Source: Polyangiaceae bacterium
GTDB taxonomy: Bacteria; Myxococcota_A; Polyangia; Polyangiales; Polyangiaceae
Assembly (NCBI GenBank): GCA_049840955.1
Contig: JASGIX010000024.1
Coordinates: forward strand, 43,127 to 75,126
DNA length: 32,000 nucleotides
Direction: 5' to 3'
Below the pieces are notes generated by a model. The model did not search any database and had not been told where the DNA came from. It saw only the letters and a list, made by a program, of their open reading frames with translations. Within the stretch, counting starts at the first letter, position 1; every line of letters starts with the position of its first letter. This document shows positions 9,395 through 17,413 of this stretch, in pieces. Both the position numbers and the translations under genes were made by a program.

Positions 9395-10591
9395 GTGACA
9401 GTGATCGATGTCGTCGTCGTCGGAGGTGGGATCGTCGGGCTCGCAACGGCGTGGGAGCTGCTGAACCATGGCGTGCGACACGTCGTCGTCGTCGAGAAGG
9501 AACTCGATGTCGGATTGCACCAATCGGGACACAACTCCGGCGTCCTACATTCGGGGCTCTATTATGCGCCTGGGTCGATCAAGGCCGAACTCGCTCGTCG
9601 TGGACGAGAGCGCATGGTCGAGTTCTGTGAAAGCGACGGGGTGCCATTCGAGATTTGTGGCAAGGTCGTCGTGGCAACGGACTTTAGCGAAACGTCGCGA
9701 CTCGACGAGCTCGAATCGCGAGCTCGCAAGAACGGCGTGGACGTCGAGCGAATCGGTGCGGAGCGCCTCCGCGAGCTCGAACCCGCGGCGCGAGGTGTCT
9801 CGGCGCTCCACGTGAAGTCCACCGGCATCGTCGACTTTCGTCGAGTGTGCGCGGCGCTGTCCCGGCGCATCGTTGCACATGGTGGCAGGATTTTACGCGG
9901 GACGGAGCTATTGTCCGCAACCGAATATCTGCGAGCGACGGTCGTGGACACGACTCGGGGCCCGCTCACGACGCGTCTCGTCGTTTCGGCGGCGGGGCTG
10001 CAAGCGGACCGAGTTGCTCGGTGCCTGGGCTTTCGAATCAAAGGACGCGTCGTTCCCTTTCGCGGTGAGTACTTTCTGCTCGACGAGAACGGAAAGAAAA
10101 AGGTCCGCGGCCTCATCTATCCAGTGCCCGATCCGCGCTTCCCCTTTCTAGGCGTCCACTTCACGCGTCGTATCGGGGGAGAAGTCGATTGTGGTCCGAA
10201 CGCCGTGCTTTCCCTAGGACGAGAGAGCTACGAGCCAGGCGCCTTACACTGGGAAGACGCCTTCGACACCTTGGCCTATGCGGGCTTCCACCGCTTTGCG
10301 TCGAAACACTACCGCTCTGGACTGGAGGAGCTCCGTCGCAGTCGCTCGAAACGCGCGTTCACCCGGGCGTTGCAGCGACTGGTCCCTTCGATTGAAGAAA
10401 CCGATCTGCTCCCGGCGCAAGCCGGGATCCGCGCGCAGATCATCACTCCCGACGGGCGGATCGAACATGACTTTTCCATCGAGGAGTCCGCGAGACGGAT
10501 CTGCGTCCTGAGCGCCCCCTCTCCCGCTGCAACCGCGTCTCTCGAGATCGGCAGAGTGATCGCCGAGCGGGCCCGACGCCACCTGGAGTGA
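9395..10591 (+). CDS. lhgO: L-2-hydroxyglutarate oxidase/dehydrogenase (FAD-dependent)
   Basis: 398-aa ORF with GTG start. FAD fold VVVVGGGIVGLATAWEL. There is strong collinear similarity to E. coli LhgO/YgaF: HQSGHNSGVLHSGLYYAPGS, VPFRGEYF, LIYPVPDPRFPFLGVHFTR, GPNAV, AGIRAQ and SAPSPAATASL. Confidence 0.9.
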   Translation: MTVIDVVVVGGGIVGLATAWELLNHGVRHVVVVEKELDVGLHQSGHNSGVLHSGLYYAPGSIKAELARRGRERMVEFCESDGVPFEICGKVVVATDFSETSRLDELESRARKNGVDVERIGAERLRELEPAARGVSALHVKSTGIVDFRRVCAALSRRIVAHGGRILRGTELLSATEYLRATVVDTTRGPLTTRLVVSAAGLQADRVARCLGFRIKGRVVPFRGEYFLLDENGKKKVRGLIYPVPDPRFPFLGVHFTRRIGGEVDCGPNAVLSLGRESYEPGALHWEDAFDTLAYAGFHRFASKHYRSGLEELRRSRSKRAFTRALQRLVPSIEETDLLPAQAGIRAQIITPDGRIEHDFSIEESARRICVLSAPSPAATASLEIGRVIAERARRHLE

Positions 10592-10649
10592 CTGCAGGCG
10601 CCCGAGGCAAGTCGTTCCCGCAACGCTAAAGGCGAAGGCCAAACGGCGA

Positions 10650-10870
10650 GCGTCGTTGTTACGACGATTCACGCGGGCGACTCGCGTCGTTGTTACGACG
10701 ATTCACGCAGGCGACTCGCGTCGTTGTTACGACGATTCACGCGGGCGACTCGCGTCGTTGTTACGACGATTCACGCGGGCGACTCGCGTCGTTGTTACGA
10801 CGATTCACGCGGGTGACTCGCGTCGTTGTTACGACGATTCACGCGGGCGACTCGCGTCGTTGTTACGACG
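10650..10870. repeat. 34-bp tandem direct repeat, 6 full copies plus a 17-nt partial copy
   Basis: Unit GCGTCGTTGTTACGACGATTCACGCGGGCGACTC starts at 10650, 10684, 10718, 10752, 10786 and 10820, with a partial copy at 10854-10870. Only two substitutions occur (copy 2 GCGGG to GCAGG; copy 5 GGGCG to GGGTG). Each unit contains the hairpin CGTCGT-TGTT-ACGACG. The copies abut with no spacers. Confidence 0.95.
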
Positions 10871-10890
10871 CACTGACAAAAGCAGACGAC

Positions 10891-10933
10891 AAAACAACGA
10901 TGCCCCGAATCCGTCATCGACGTTTCGGGGCAT
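10891..10933 (-). terminator. Rho-independent terminator of glyQS
   Basis: A 10-bp perfect stem, ATGCCCCGAA (10900-10909) / TTCGGGGCAT (10924-10933), has an inner 4-bp extension (CGTC..GACG). On the minus strand it is followed by CGTTGTTTTGTCGTCTGCTTTTG. The hairpin lies 55 nt downstream of the glyQS stop at 10988. Confidence 0.6.
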
Positions 10934-10987
10934 GTCTCGGAGATAAACGCGTCGCGCAAATGCGGCGCGACGCGGCGATGTGCTCGT

Positions 10988-12541
10988 TCAGATCCCGAGG
11001 CGCTCCGCGAGCCAGTCGGCAACCTTGCCGATGGCGAGGCGCTCCTGGCTGCCCGTGTCGCGATCGCGAACCGTGACGGTCTGGGATTCCGCGGACTGCC
11101 CGTCGATGGTGAAGCAATAGGGGCAGCCCGCTTCGTCCATTCGAGCGTAGCGCTTGCCAATGGCTTGCTTCACGTCGTGCTCGATGAAGCCACCCCGGTA
11201 GAAACGCTGCAGGAGTTCAGCGTGGAGCTTCTCGCTCATCTCGGGCATGCCGTCCTTGTTCACCAGCGGGAACACGGCTGCCTTGATCGGCGCGATGCGC
11301 GGATTGAACTTGAGGAGCTCGGGGCTCGGACGAGAAGGATCCTCGGTATACGCCTCGCAGAGCAGCGCGAGCACGCCGCGATCGAGACCCGCAGAGGGCT
11401 CGATGACGTGCGGCAGGTACTTTTCGCCTTTGCGCGAACCATTGGGCAAGGGCTCGCCGCGTTCGGCGTCGAAGTACTCGAGGTTGGCCTTCGCGTGCTT
11501 CTGGTGCTGCGACAGATCGAAGTTCGAGCGGTGAGCGATCCCCTCGAGCTCCCCGAAGCCCGGTGCCGTGAAGGGAAAGCGATACTCGATGTCGCTCGTG
11601 CCCGCACCGGTCTTGGCGTAGTGGGCGAGCTCGTCGCGATCATGCTCGCGGAGCTGCAGGTTTTCGCCAGCGAGACCGAGGCTCTGCCACCAAGCCATGC
11701 GCGAGTCGCGCCAGAACTTGTACCATTCGACGGCCTCGGATTCGTGACAGAAAAACTCGATTTCCATCTGTTCGAATTCGCGGCTGCGGAAGGTGAAGTT
11801 GCGCGGCGTCACCTCGTTACGGAACGCCTTGCCGGTTTGCGCGATCCCGAAGGGAACCTTCACGCGCGTCGTGTCGAGGACGTTCTTGAACTGCACGAAC
11901 ATCCCTTGCGCCGTTTCGGGACGCAGGTACGCGACATCTGCATCCGTCGCTGTCGCACCAATGAAGGTCTTGAACATCAGGTTGAAGGCGCGGGGCTCCG
12001 TCAGGCTGCCCACCTTCTCGGCCTCGGGAGCAAGGACTTGCTCCCAATCGGACTTCGGAATGTCGGAGAGCGGAACGCTCTTCACGGAGCCGAAGGCCTT
12101 CTCGGCCTTCTTCTTCTGCTTGGTCTCGCTCGTGCTGTCCGGCATGTAGCAGAAGAAGGGCTTGCCCTGACGATCCCCGTTCGCAGGCGCAAACACCATC
12201 AGGTGATCGAAGCGATAACGTGCCTTCGTCTCACGGCAGTCCACCATGGGATCGCTGAAGCCCGCGACGTGACCGCTTGCTTCCCACACCTTCGGGTGTT
12301 GAATGATGCAACTGTCGAGAGGAACCATGCGCACGACGTCACCCGTCGGGCCACGCTGTCCGCGGCACGGATTGAGCACGACGTCTTGCCACCACGCCTC
12401 ACGCAGGTTCTTCTTGAGCTGCGCGCCAAGGGGACCGTAATCCCAGAAGCCGTTGATGCCGCCGTAGATTTCGGAGGCTTGGTAGATGAATCCGCGGCGC
12501 TTGGCGAGCGCCATGATCTTGTCCATCGACTTGGTCGTCAT
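10988..12541 (-). CDS. glyQS: Glycine--tRNA ligase (homodimeric class II, GlyQS type)
   Basis: 517-aa ORF. Its N-terminus MTTKSMDKIMALAKRRGFIYQASEIYGGINGFWDYGPLGAQLKKNL is characteristic of GlyRS. Class II motifs are present (FRNEVTPRNFTFRSREFEQMEIEFF, IEPSAGLDRG) and there is a C-terminal anticodon-binding region. Confidence 0.93.
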   Translation of the reverse strand: MTTKSMDKIMALAKRRGFIYQASEIYGGINGFWDYGPLGAQLKKNLREAWWQDVVLNPCRGQRGPTGDVVRMVPLDSCIIQHPKVWEASGHVAGFSDPMVDCRETKARYRFDHLMVFAPANGDRQGKPFFCYMPDSTSETKQKKKAEKAFGSVKSVPLSDIPKSDWEQVLAPEAEKVGSLTEPRAFNLMFKTFIGATATDADVAYLRPETAQGMFVQFKNVLDTTRVKVPFGIAQTGKAFRNEVTPRNFTFRSREFEQMEIEFFCHESEAVEWYKFWRDSRMAWWQSLGLAGENLQLREHDRDELAHYAKTGAGTSDIEYRFPFTAPGFGELEGIAHRSNFDLSQHQKHAKANLEYFDAERGEPLPNGSRKGEKYLPHVIEPSAGLDRGVLALLCEAYTEDPSRPSPELLKFNPRIAPIKAAVFPLVNKDGMPEMSEKLHAELLQRFYRGGFIEHDVKQAIGKRYARMDEAGCPYCFTIDGQSAESQTVTVRDRDTGSQERLAIGKVADWLAERLGI

Positions 12542-12872
12542 CGCAATACTCTTCGAGGCTAATGGTGGGCGCGGAGACTAGCGCGTTTGTCCATATGCGG
12601 GGACAAATCGGGCCTTTGGGCATGAAAATGCCCCCCTGCTCGACGTGAAGGATGCGCGTTCTCCCAAGATTGTCGGGGTTTTCGTAACGCGAGCCCACGC
12701 GTGTGGTCACCGGGACCTGCAGATTTTGCAGCGGCAATCGAGCCACTGTGCTCCGAGTGCGCCCGACAACGTCAGGAGTCGACAGGACCGATGGGCCCTC
12801 GGGCCACGGCACGCCGCATGACGTTCGCACGTCCAGGGCGCGGCCCACGTGACCTTCCGTGTCCTACGCACA

Positions 12873-12997
12873 CGCGGCTCGCTCCTCTCGGCGCTCGGAA
12901 CCTGACGTGTCCCACCAGCGCGCGCGGCTCGCTCCTCTCGGCGCTCGGAACCTCCTGCGCCAGACGCGCGTGGCTCGTCCTCTCAACGCTCGGGACG
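12873..12997. repeat. Direct repeat: 31-nt block repeated with a 50-bp period, plus a degenerate third copy
   Basis: CGCGGCTCGCTCCTCTCGGCGCTCGGAACCT occurs at 12873-12903 and identically at 12923-12953. A degenerate copy (CGTGGCTCGTCCTCTCAACGCTCGGGACG) at about 12969-12997 overlaps the stop codon of the minus-strand lipoprotein gene (12983). Confidence 0.8.
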
Positions 12998-13993
12998 AAT
13001 GTCGACCCCCATGGTCAGATCCATCTCGACGGTTTGACCACCCGCAGGCACGCCTGCGCCTTCGGGAACACGCATCTTCATTCCCAAGGTGAGGTCGAGC
13101 TTCGACTGTGAAACGAACTTGTCGTAGTCGATCTGCACTTCGCCCTGCCCCTTCGAATCGAGTGCAAGCAGATCGACAGCCATGCCCTGTGGCATTCCCG
13201 GTGGGCTCACCTTGCCGGGCGGCGAGGATTGCTCGATGGTGACGGCTGCGGTGATGCCCTTCGGCTGCACGGAAACCACGCGGTATTCCACCTTCTGGGT
13301 CAATTGCAGGCCGAACTGCTCGAGACGCGAAATCACTTGCCACCGCGCACCTATGCCAATGGGTTCCTCGGGTAGCGGTGCGACCATTTGTCCGAGCGAC
13401 TGCTTCACCGATTCGAGCGCTTGGGCCAATTGGGGCTGTGTCTCTTGGGTGTCGTCGATGGCAAAGTCGATCAGTTTGCCCCGCGTGTCGATCGTCTGGG
13501 TACCGCGAAAGGTCTTGAACCCAGCGAGCAACTCGTTGACTTGAGCCGCCATCGGATCGGTCGCATTGCCTTGCACCTTCGCGGAAATGACTTTGAACGC
13601 GAGCTTCGCCGTATCGCCTTGGGTCTCGGTGACGTCCCATTGAAGGATCGTCTTGATTGCCGGCACGTCCGAAGGCGGCATCGACTCACCGTTGGCTTTC
13701 ACGGCAATTCGATTCTTCTGAACGAGACCGATGCGAAAGGTCTTCCCCTTCTTCAACGCATAACGGGGCTGCATGCGGGGCTCCGTACCGACGTCGAGCA
13801 CCGTCAGTCCAACCGGCAGCTCCGGCGCTCGCTCTGCGACAACCGGCACGGACGGCACGGGAGCGACGATTGCCGCGCTCGCGCTCGCAACCGGCGTCGT
13901 CCCCCTCGACGGCTCGTCTTTGCCCTGCTTGCACGCGACGAACAGACCGAAGAGGAATAGACTTGCGACGGCGCGGCCTCGGAAACGAATCAT
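12983..13993 (-). CDS. Hypothetical lipoprotein (336 aa)
   Basis: ORF 12983..14125 trimmed to ATG at 13993. That start gives a lipoprotein signal, MIRFRGRAVASLFLFGLFVAC, followed by an Ala/Pro/Ser linker and a beta-rich body. I do not recognise a family. Confidence 0.75.
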   Translation of the reverse strand: MIRFRGRAVASLFLFGLFVACKQGKDEPSRGTTPVASASAAIVAPVPSVPVVAERAPELPVGLTVLDVGTEPRMQPRYALKKGKTFRIGLVQKNRIAVKANGESMPPSDVPAIKTILQWDVTETQGDTAKLAFKVISAKVQGNATDPMAAQVNELLAGFKTFRGTQTIDTRGKLIDFAIDDTQETQPQLAQALESVKQSLGQMVAPLPEEPIGIGARWQVISRLEQFGLQLTQKVEYRVVSVQPKGITAAVTIEQSSPPGKVSPPGMPQGMAVDLLALDSKGQGEVQIDYDKFVSQSKLDLTLGMKMRVPEGAGVPAGGQTVEMDLTMGVDIRPER

Positions 13994-14153
13994 TCTCGAT
14001 GAATTAGGCCAGACCCCGTGCGGTGTAAAGAAAAGGATTCGAATGTGCCCAACTTCGGGTAAGAAGGGGAAGACTCGGCAGCCCACCGCACGCGAGTCCG
14101 AAGCGATCGAGAGAGCTTTAGACATCCCGAGGCGCTCGGGGTACTTTCATCGG

Positions 14154-14792
14154 ATGCTCGACGTCAGCGCCCGTAGCATCGAGTCTTGGGTTGGCCGCTC
14201 CCACTTGGCGATCGTGATGGTGCTGGGAGTGCTCGTGTTCGACTGCAGCGGCAAGAACGACGATTCCACGAACGAATCGGGCGGCGCTACCTCGAGTGGT
14301 GGCGCGGGCGGTCACGGGGGCGCAAGTGAGGGCGGAACCGGTGGCTCGGCTACGTCGTCGACCAGTCACGTACCGTGCAACGGCGAAGATCCACCAACTT
14401 GCGTGTCGGGTTGCGGCGTCGACGTACCCGTCGAAAGCAAAGCCCACTGTGTCGACGACCAATGGGTGTGCGACGATTCCACGGTCTTCCTCGACACGTG
14501 CGCAGAGGGATCCTGCGCCACCGCGCAAGGATTCTGCTGCAACGTCGTCAGCGGTGAATACTACGTGCGAAGCTGCCTCGACGACGGCTATCGTCAAACC
14601 TGTGCGATGGGATCGCGAACCGAGATCGCTCGACAGTGCATTCCCGACGTCCTCGAGCTCACGGACTGTTCGTCCCTGGACGGAACGTCCTGTGAGGCGC
14701 CGCTAACGAGCTGCCTGGACGCCGCAGGGTACCACTGCACTTGCGAACTCAATCATGCGAACGCGACCAAGGGCACCTGGACGTGCTCCTAG
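14154..14792 (+). CDS. Cys-rich secreted lipoprotein (212 aa, about 18 Cys in the mature part)
   Basis: ORF 13773..14792 trimmed to ATG at 14154. Signal MLDVSARSIESWVGRSHLAIVMVLGVLVFDC. A Gly/Ser linker (GGATSSGGAGGHGGASEGGTGGS) precedes a dense Cys pattern (PCNGEDPPTCVSGCG...FCCNVV...HCTCE...WTC). Confidence 0.65.
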   Translation: MLDVSARSIESWVGRSHLAIVMVLGVLVFDCSGKNDDSTNESGGATSSGGAGGHGGASEGGTGGSATSSTSHVPCNGEDPPTCVSGCGVDVPVESKAHCVDDQWVCDDSTVFLDTCAEGSCATAQGFCCNVVSGEYYVRSCLDDGYRQTCAMGSRTEIARQCIPDVLELTDCSSLDGTSCEAPLTSCLDAAGYHCTCELNHANATKGTWTCS

Positions 14793-14931
14793 ACCGCCAG
14801 CATCTGACCCTCCGAAAAGGCGCCGTTTAGCGCGAAAACCCGAGGACGACGAGCGACTCCGTTCGGGCAGAACCGAATTGGCGCGAGGCCCCCTTGCCAT
14901 TTGGAGCCACTCTCGAGAATACTGCGCGACG

Positions 14932-15660
14932 ATGTTCGACGCCTCTTGGTCTGGGTGGCTCGCCGCGCCGTTATTCGTGATGGGTTGCGGGAGCACACCG
15001 ACGCTCCCTCCTCCACCCCCCGAACGACAGCGCACCGAGATCCCCTCGCCACCAGAACCTTTGTGCAAGGTGCTCGCGCCCAAGTTCGAACGTTTGGCGA
15101 ACCAGCTACAACTCGGAGGAAAGCTCGATTGCGTCGACGTCCCGGGCGTAATCACGCTGGGACAGTTCGGCACGACCTCGACGCTAGATCGAAATCTCTT
15201 GGCGTGCGTCGACGACAACAAGTCGCTACTCGACGCGATCCAAAGCGAACCGGCTGCAGTGACTGGCATCGATTACGAGACGGAAGCAAGCTTCGACGGA
15301 GGCGGCGTACTCGGGCTCGGCCAGATTGCTCCATGGCTTCCCAACGTGAAGGCGCAGCACGCGTCGGGTTCACGTTTGCGGATGAAGCTATCCATCGTCG
15401 ACGCGAGCTGGGACACGATCCCGGCCATGTCGCGACTCTTCGAAGCACAGCGACATGCGCAGGATTGTCTACCTTCGCTCTGTCTCGATGATTCACGCAT
15501 CGTCTACAAAGTGCTGCGCGGTCGAGTCACGATCGAACTCACGACGTCGGATGACCAGGCATTCTCCGGCAATCTCGAGCTCCTCGGCGGCACTGCGGGT
15601 CTATCCGTCGACGAAACGGCACGGACGCAATCGAGCCTGACACTCGGCTCGAAGGATTGA
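14932..15660 (+). CDS. Hypothetical lipoprotein (242 aa)
   Basis: ORF 14755..15660 trimmed to ATG at 14932. Signal MFDASWSGWLAAPLFVMGC, then a Pro-rich linker (TPTLPPPPPERQRTEIPSPPEP) and a beta-rich body. It ends at TGA 15658-15660, in the same frame as the next ORF. Confidence 0.7.
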   Translation: MFDASWSGWLAAPLFVMGCGSTPTLPPPPPERQRTEIPSPPEPLCKVLAPKFERLANQLQLGGKLDCVDVPGVITLGQFGTTSTLDRNLLACVDDNKSLLDAIQSEPAAVTGIDYETEASFDGGGVLGLGQIAPWLPNVKAQHASGSRLRMKLSIVDASWDTIPAMSRLFEAQRHAQDCLPSLCLDDSRIVYKVLRGRVTIELTTSDDQAFSGNLELLGGTAGLSVDETARTQSSLTLGSKD

Positions 15661-15663
15661 CTC

Positions 15664-16281
15664 GTGCTCGGGGTCATGTCGAAATCACCCAAGCTCGAGC
15701 TCGCCGATGCAAAGCATTGCGACGGCTGTGGTGCTCGCGGTGAGGTGTGCTGCAAGACGGCAGATCCATGCGACGACACCCTGAGCTGCATCGACGGAAC
15801 GTGTCGTCCGAAGGGGTCACCCGGTGGGCCCTGTGACGGCTCGCGCTGCGACAACGGCGCAGCTTGCGTGCACGGAATTTGTCGAGTGAGCTGCGGAGCC
15901 CCTGGTCTCCCCTGTTGCGACGATGGCCAGTGTGGCGAGGGCCTCAAGTGCCAGCTCGGACAGCGTGCCCGACGTGAGGTACTCGTCTACGACAAGGTGC
16001 TCGAACACGGCGGTGGACTCTTTGGCGATGATGCCGATTACGAGTTTGGGGCTGGCTCCTGTGGTAACGGCCGTTTGCGGTCCCGATTCGCGACGATGAA
16101 GATGGCGGGAAGCTCGTCACATTGCGACGCAGCCCATTGGATGACCGCCTCGGAGGCCGGCGACTGTCGCGTGAGCGTGCACATGCACGCCTCGTCGTTG
16201 GAAACCCTGCGCTGTTCGGCACAGGTGTTCGCAACGGAAGTCGATCCCGACGTACCCGCTCCCAGAGCGCTCTGTCGATGA
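15664..16281 (+). CDS. Cys-rich protein (205 aa, about 21 Cys) without its own signal peptide; possibly the C-terminal part of the preceding lipoprotein
   Basis: GTG at 15664 lies one codon after the upstream TGA and in the same frame. There are three similar Cys modules: EVCCKTADPCDDTLSCIDGTCR, GPCDGSRCDNGAACVHGICR and LPCCDDGQCGEGLKCQ. The N-terminus has no hydrophobic segment. Confidence 0.6.
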   Translation: MLGVMSKSPKLELADAKHCDGCGARGEVCCKTADPCDDTLSCIDGTCRPKGSPGGPCDGSRCDNGAACVHGICRVSCGAPGLPCCDDGQCGEGLKCQLGQRARREVLVYDKVLEHGGGLFGDDADYEFGAGSCGNGRLRSRFATMKMAGSSSHCDAAHWMTASEAGDCRVSVHMHASSLETLRCSAQVFATEVDPDVPAPRALCR

Positions 16282-16297
16282 GCGCTCCGGGCGCCGC

Positions 16298-17155
16298 TCA
16301 TCCCCAAGCCTGAGTCGCCAAGGCGTAACGTTGTCGTGCACGATAGGGCAGCGGCACTGAGCCACGCCGCATCTCGACGCGCGTCCCCTGTTCGCGCAAT
16401 CCGATGCTTCGGAGCCATTGTCGAAAACTTTGATGATCACTCGGTACGTCGATTCGAACGGCGTCCCCCAACTCGCGACACAAGCCAACGAAGAGATTGC
16501 GAGCCCCTTCCTCGTCCTCTGCGATCACGGGACCAACCAGCGCGTGGGACCCGAGTTCAGTCGCCATGGCGTATCCAGAGAGTTTGCCACCGTGTCCGGT
16601 AACCCCTGCCGTAGCTAGGGCTCGACTTTCACGGCAGCGCAGCATCTTGCTCCGATCGCAAGCCAGTAACTGACGGTCCAGCGCGAGCGCCTCGTCGAGG
16701 ATCTCGATGGGTGAAGCGTGACCGTGCCCAAGAGGAACGTGCGGAGTACCCATGAGCACGACGATCTCGCCCTCCACGACGAAGCCCTGAGCCTCGAAGA
16801 GGTGGCGTCCGAGCGGAGTTGCGACGAGCCCCAAAGTCGAAAGCCCTTGGCGTTCGGCATTGACGAGCAGGGCATCGAGCACACGTCGACCGAGACCTGC
16901 GTGCTGTCGTTCCGGGGCTGTCACGAGCTTGGCAAGCGTGCCAACACCACCGAAAGATCCAAGAATACCTTGAGCAACGAGTCGTGCCCGCTCTCGAATG
17001 CCGAGCACGAGAGCGCTGTCGTAAATCACCTCCCAATCGCTCGAGGTGTCTTGCCATCCCACGGCATGGGACAACGCGACGTTCTGCGAAATGTCCGCAT
17101 GGGTGAGGATCTCGACCTCGGGTAAGGCTCCCTCTTTGCCTTCGATGGACGGCAT
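16298..17155 (-). CDS. GNAT family N-acetyltransferase (two-domain, YitH-like)
   Basis: 285-aa ORF. The acetyl-CoA binding region reads VTAPERQHAGLGRRVLDALLVNAERQGLSTLGLVATPLGRHLFEAQGF. A C-terminal extension is typical of GNAT_YitH-type proteins. Confidence 0.8.
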   Translation of the reverse strand: MPSIEGKEGALPEVEILTHADISQNVALSHAVGWQDTSSDWEVIYDSALVLGIRERARLVAQGILGSFGGVGTLAKLVTAPERQHAGLGRRVLDALLVNAERQGLSTLGLVATPLGRHLFEAQGFVVEGEIVVLMGTPHVPLGHGHASPIEILDEALALDRQLLACDRSKMLRCRESRALATAGVTGHGGKLSGYAMATELGSHALVGPVIAEDEEGARNLFVGLCRELGDAVRIDVPSDHQSFRQWLRSIGLREQGTRVEMRRGSVPLPYRARQRYALATQAWG

Positions 17156-17413
17156 CTCCGTTCAGTTTTGCACGGCGGAGCCCGCTGACGAAAGCAGCAT
17201 CTTGGCCTGCGACGGATCTCGAGTGTGTGGAGCTTGGACCGGACCTCGCGGCGGTGCGCCGGTCGAAACCACACCCGTCCCCGCCCGAGAGGCACTCAAT
17301 CACACCCCCCGAATCGCGGTTAACGTTCCGATAATCCTGGGCCTCACGGGAATTTTCCGATCTCGCGAAACCGGTCGGCTTTCGCTCCAGGAGCGCGGAA
17401 GCGACGCCGCGCA

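Noticed and set aside
9202-9534. N-terminal 111 codons of ORF 4777..9534
   Set aside because: The sequence is Ser/Thr/Pro/Arg-rich and non-protein-like, and it overlaps the divergent lhgO start region. The kinase begins naturally at ATG 9201, 13 residues before the Gly-rich loop.
10650-10870. Possible CRISPR array (34-bp repeat with an internal palindrome)
   Set aside because: The repeats are directly adjacent with no spacers. There are no cas genes or leader in the window. It is a simple tandem repeat.
10656-11076. ORFs 10656..10946 and 10690..11076 (+), with periodic RATRVVVTTIHAGDSRRCYDDSRG... translation
   Set aside because: They are read-through of the 34-bp tandem repeat, giving a 102-nt (34-aa) periodicity. 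They also overlap the glyQS terminator and 3' end. They are not coding.
11165-12562. 465-aa stop-free ORF antisense to glyQS
   Set aside because: It is exactly codon-aligned antisense to glyQS. It stays open because the sense gene avoids TTA/CTA/TCA codons. The composition is Arg/Leu/Glu-rich with no family resemblance. It is a shadow ORF.
12559-12574. T-box-like motif CTAATGGTGGGCGCGG near glyQS
   Set aside because: It lies on the plus strand, whereas glyQS is transcribed from the minus strand. No specifier or antiterminator architecture is recognisable on the correct strand.
13773-14153. Upstream extensions of ORFs 13773..14792 (+) and 12983..14125 (-)
   Set aside because: The extensions overlap each other and lack coding character. 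Internal ATGs at 14154 and 13993 give canonical lipoprotein signal peptides.
15658-15660. TGA as a selenocysteine codon
   Set aside because: Only a weak 4-bp stem (GGGT..ACCC) follows the TGA, with no convincing bacterial SECIS hairpin. The surrounding residues do not resemble a redox motif. A nonsense change, a base error or two separate genes are more likely. This is kept as a check in the findings.
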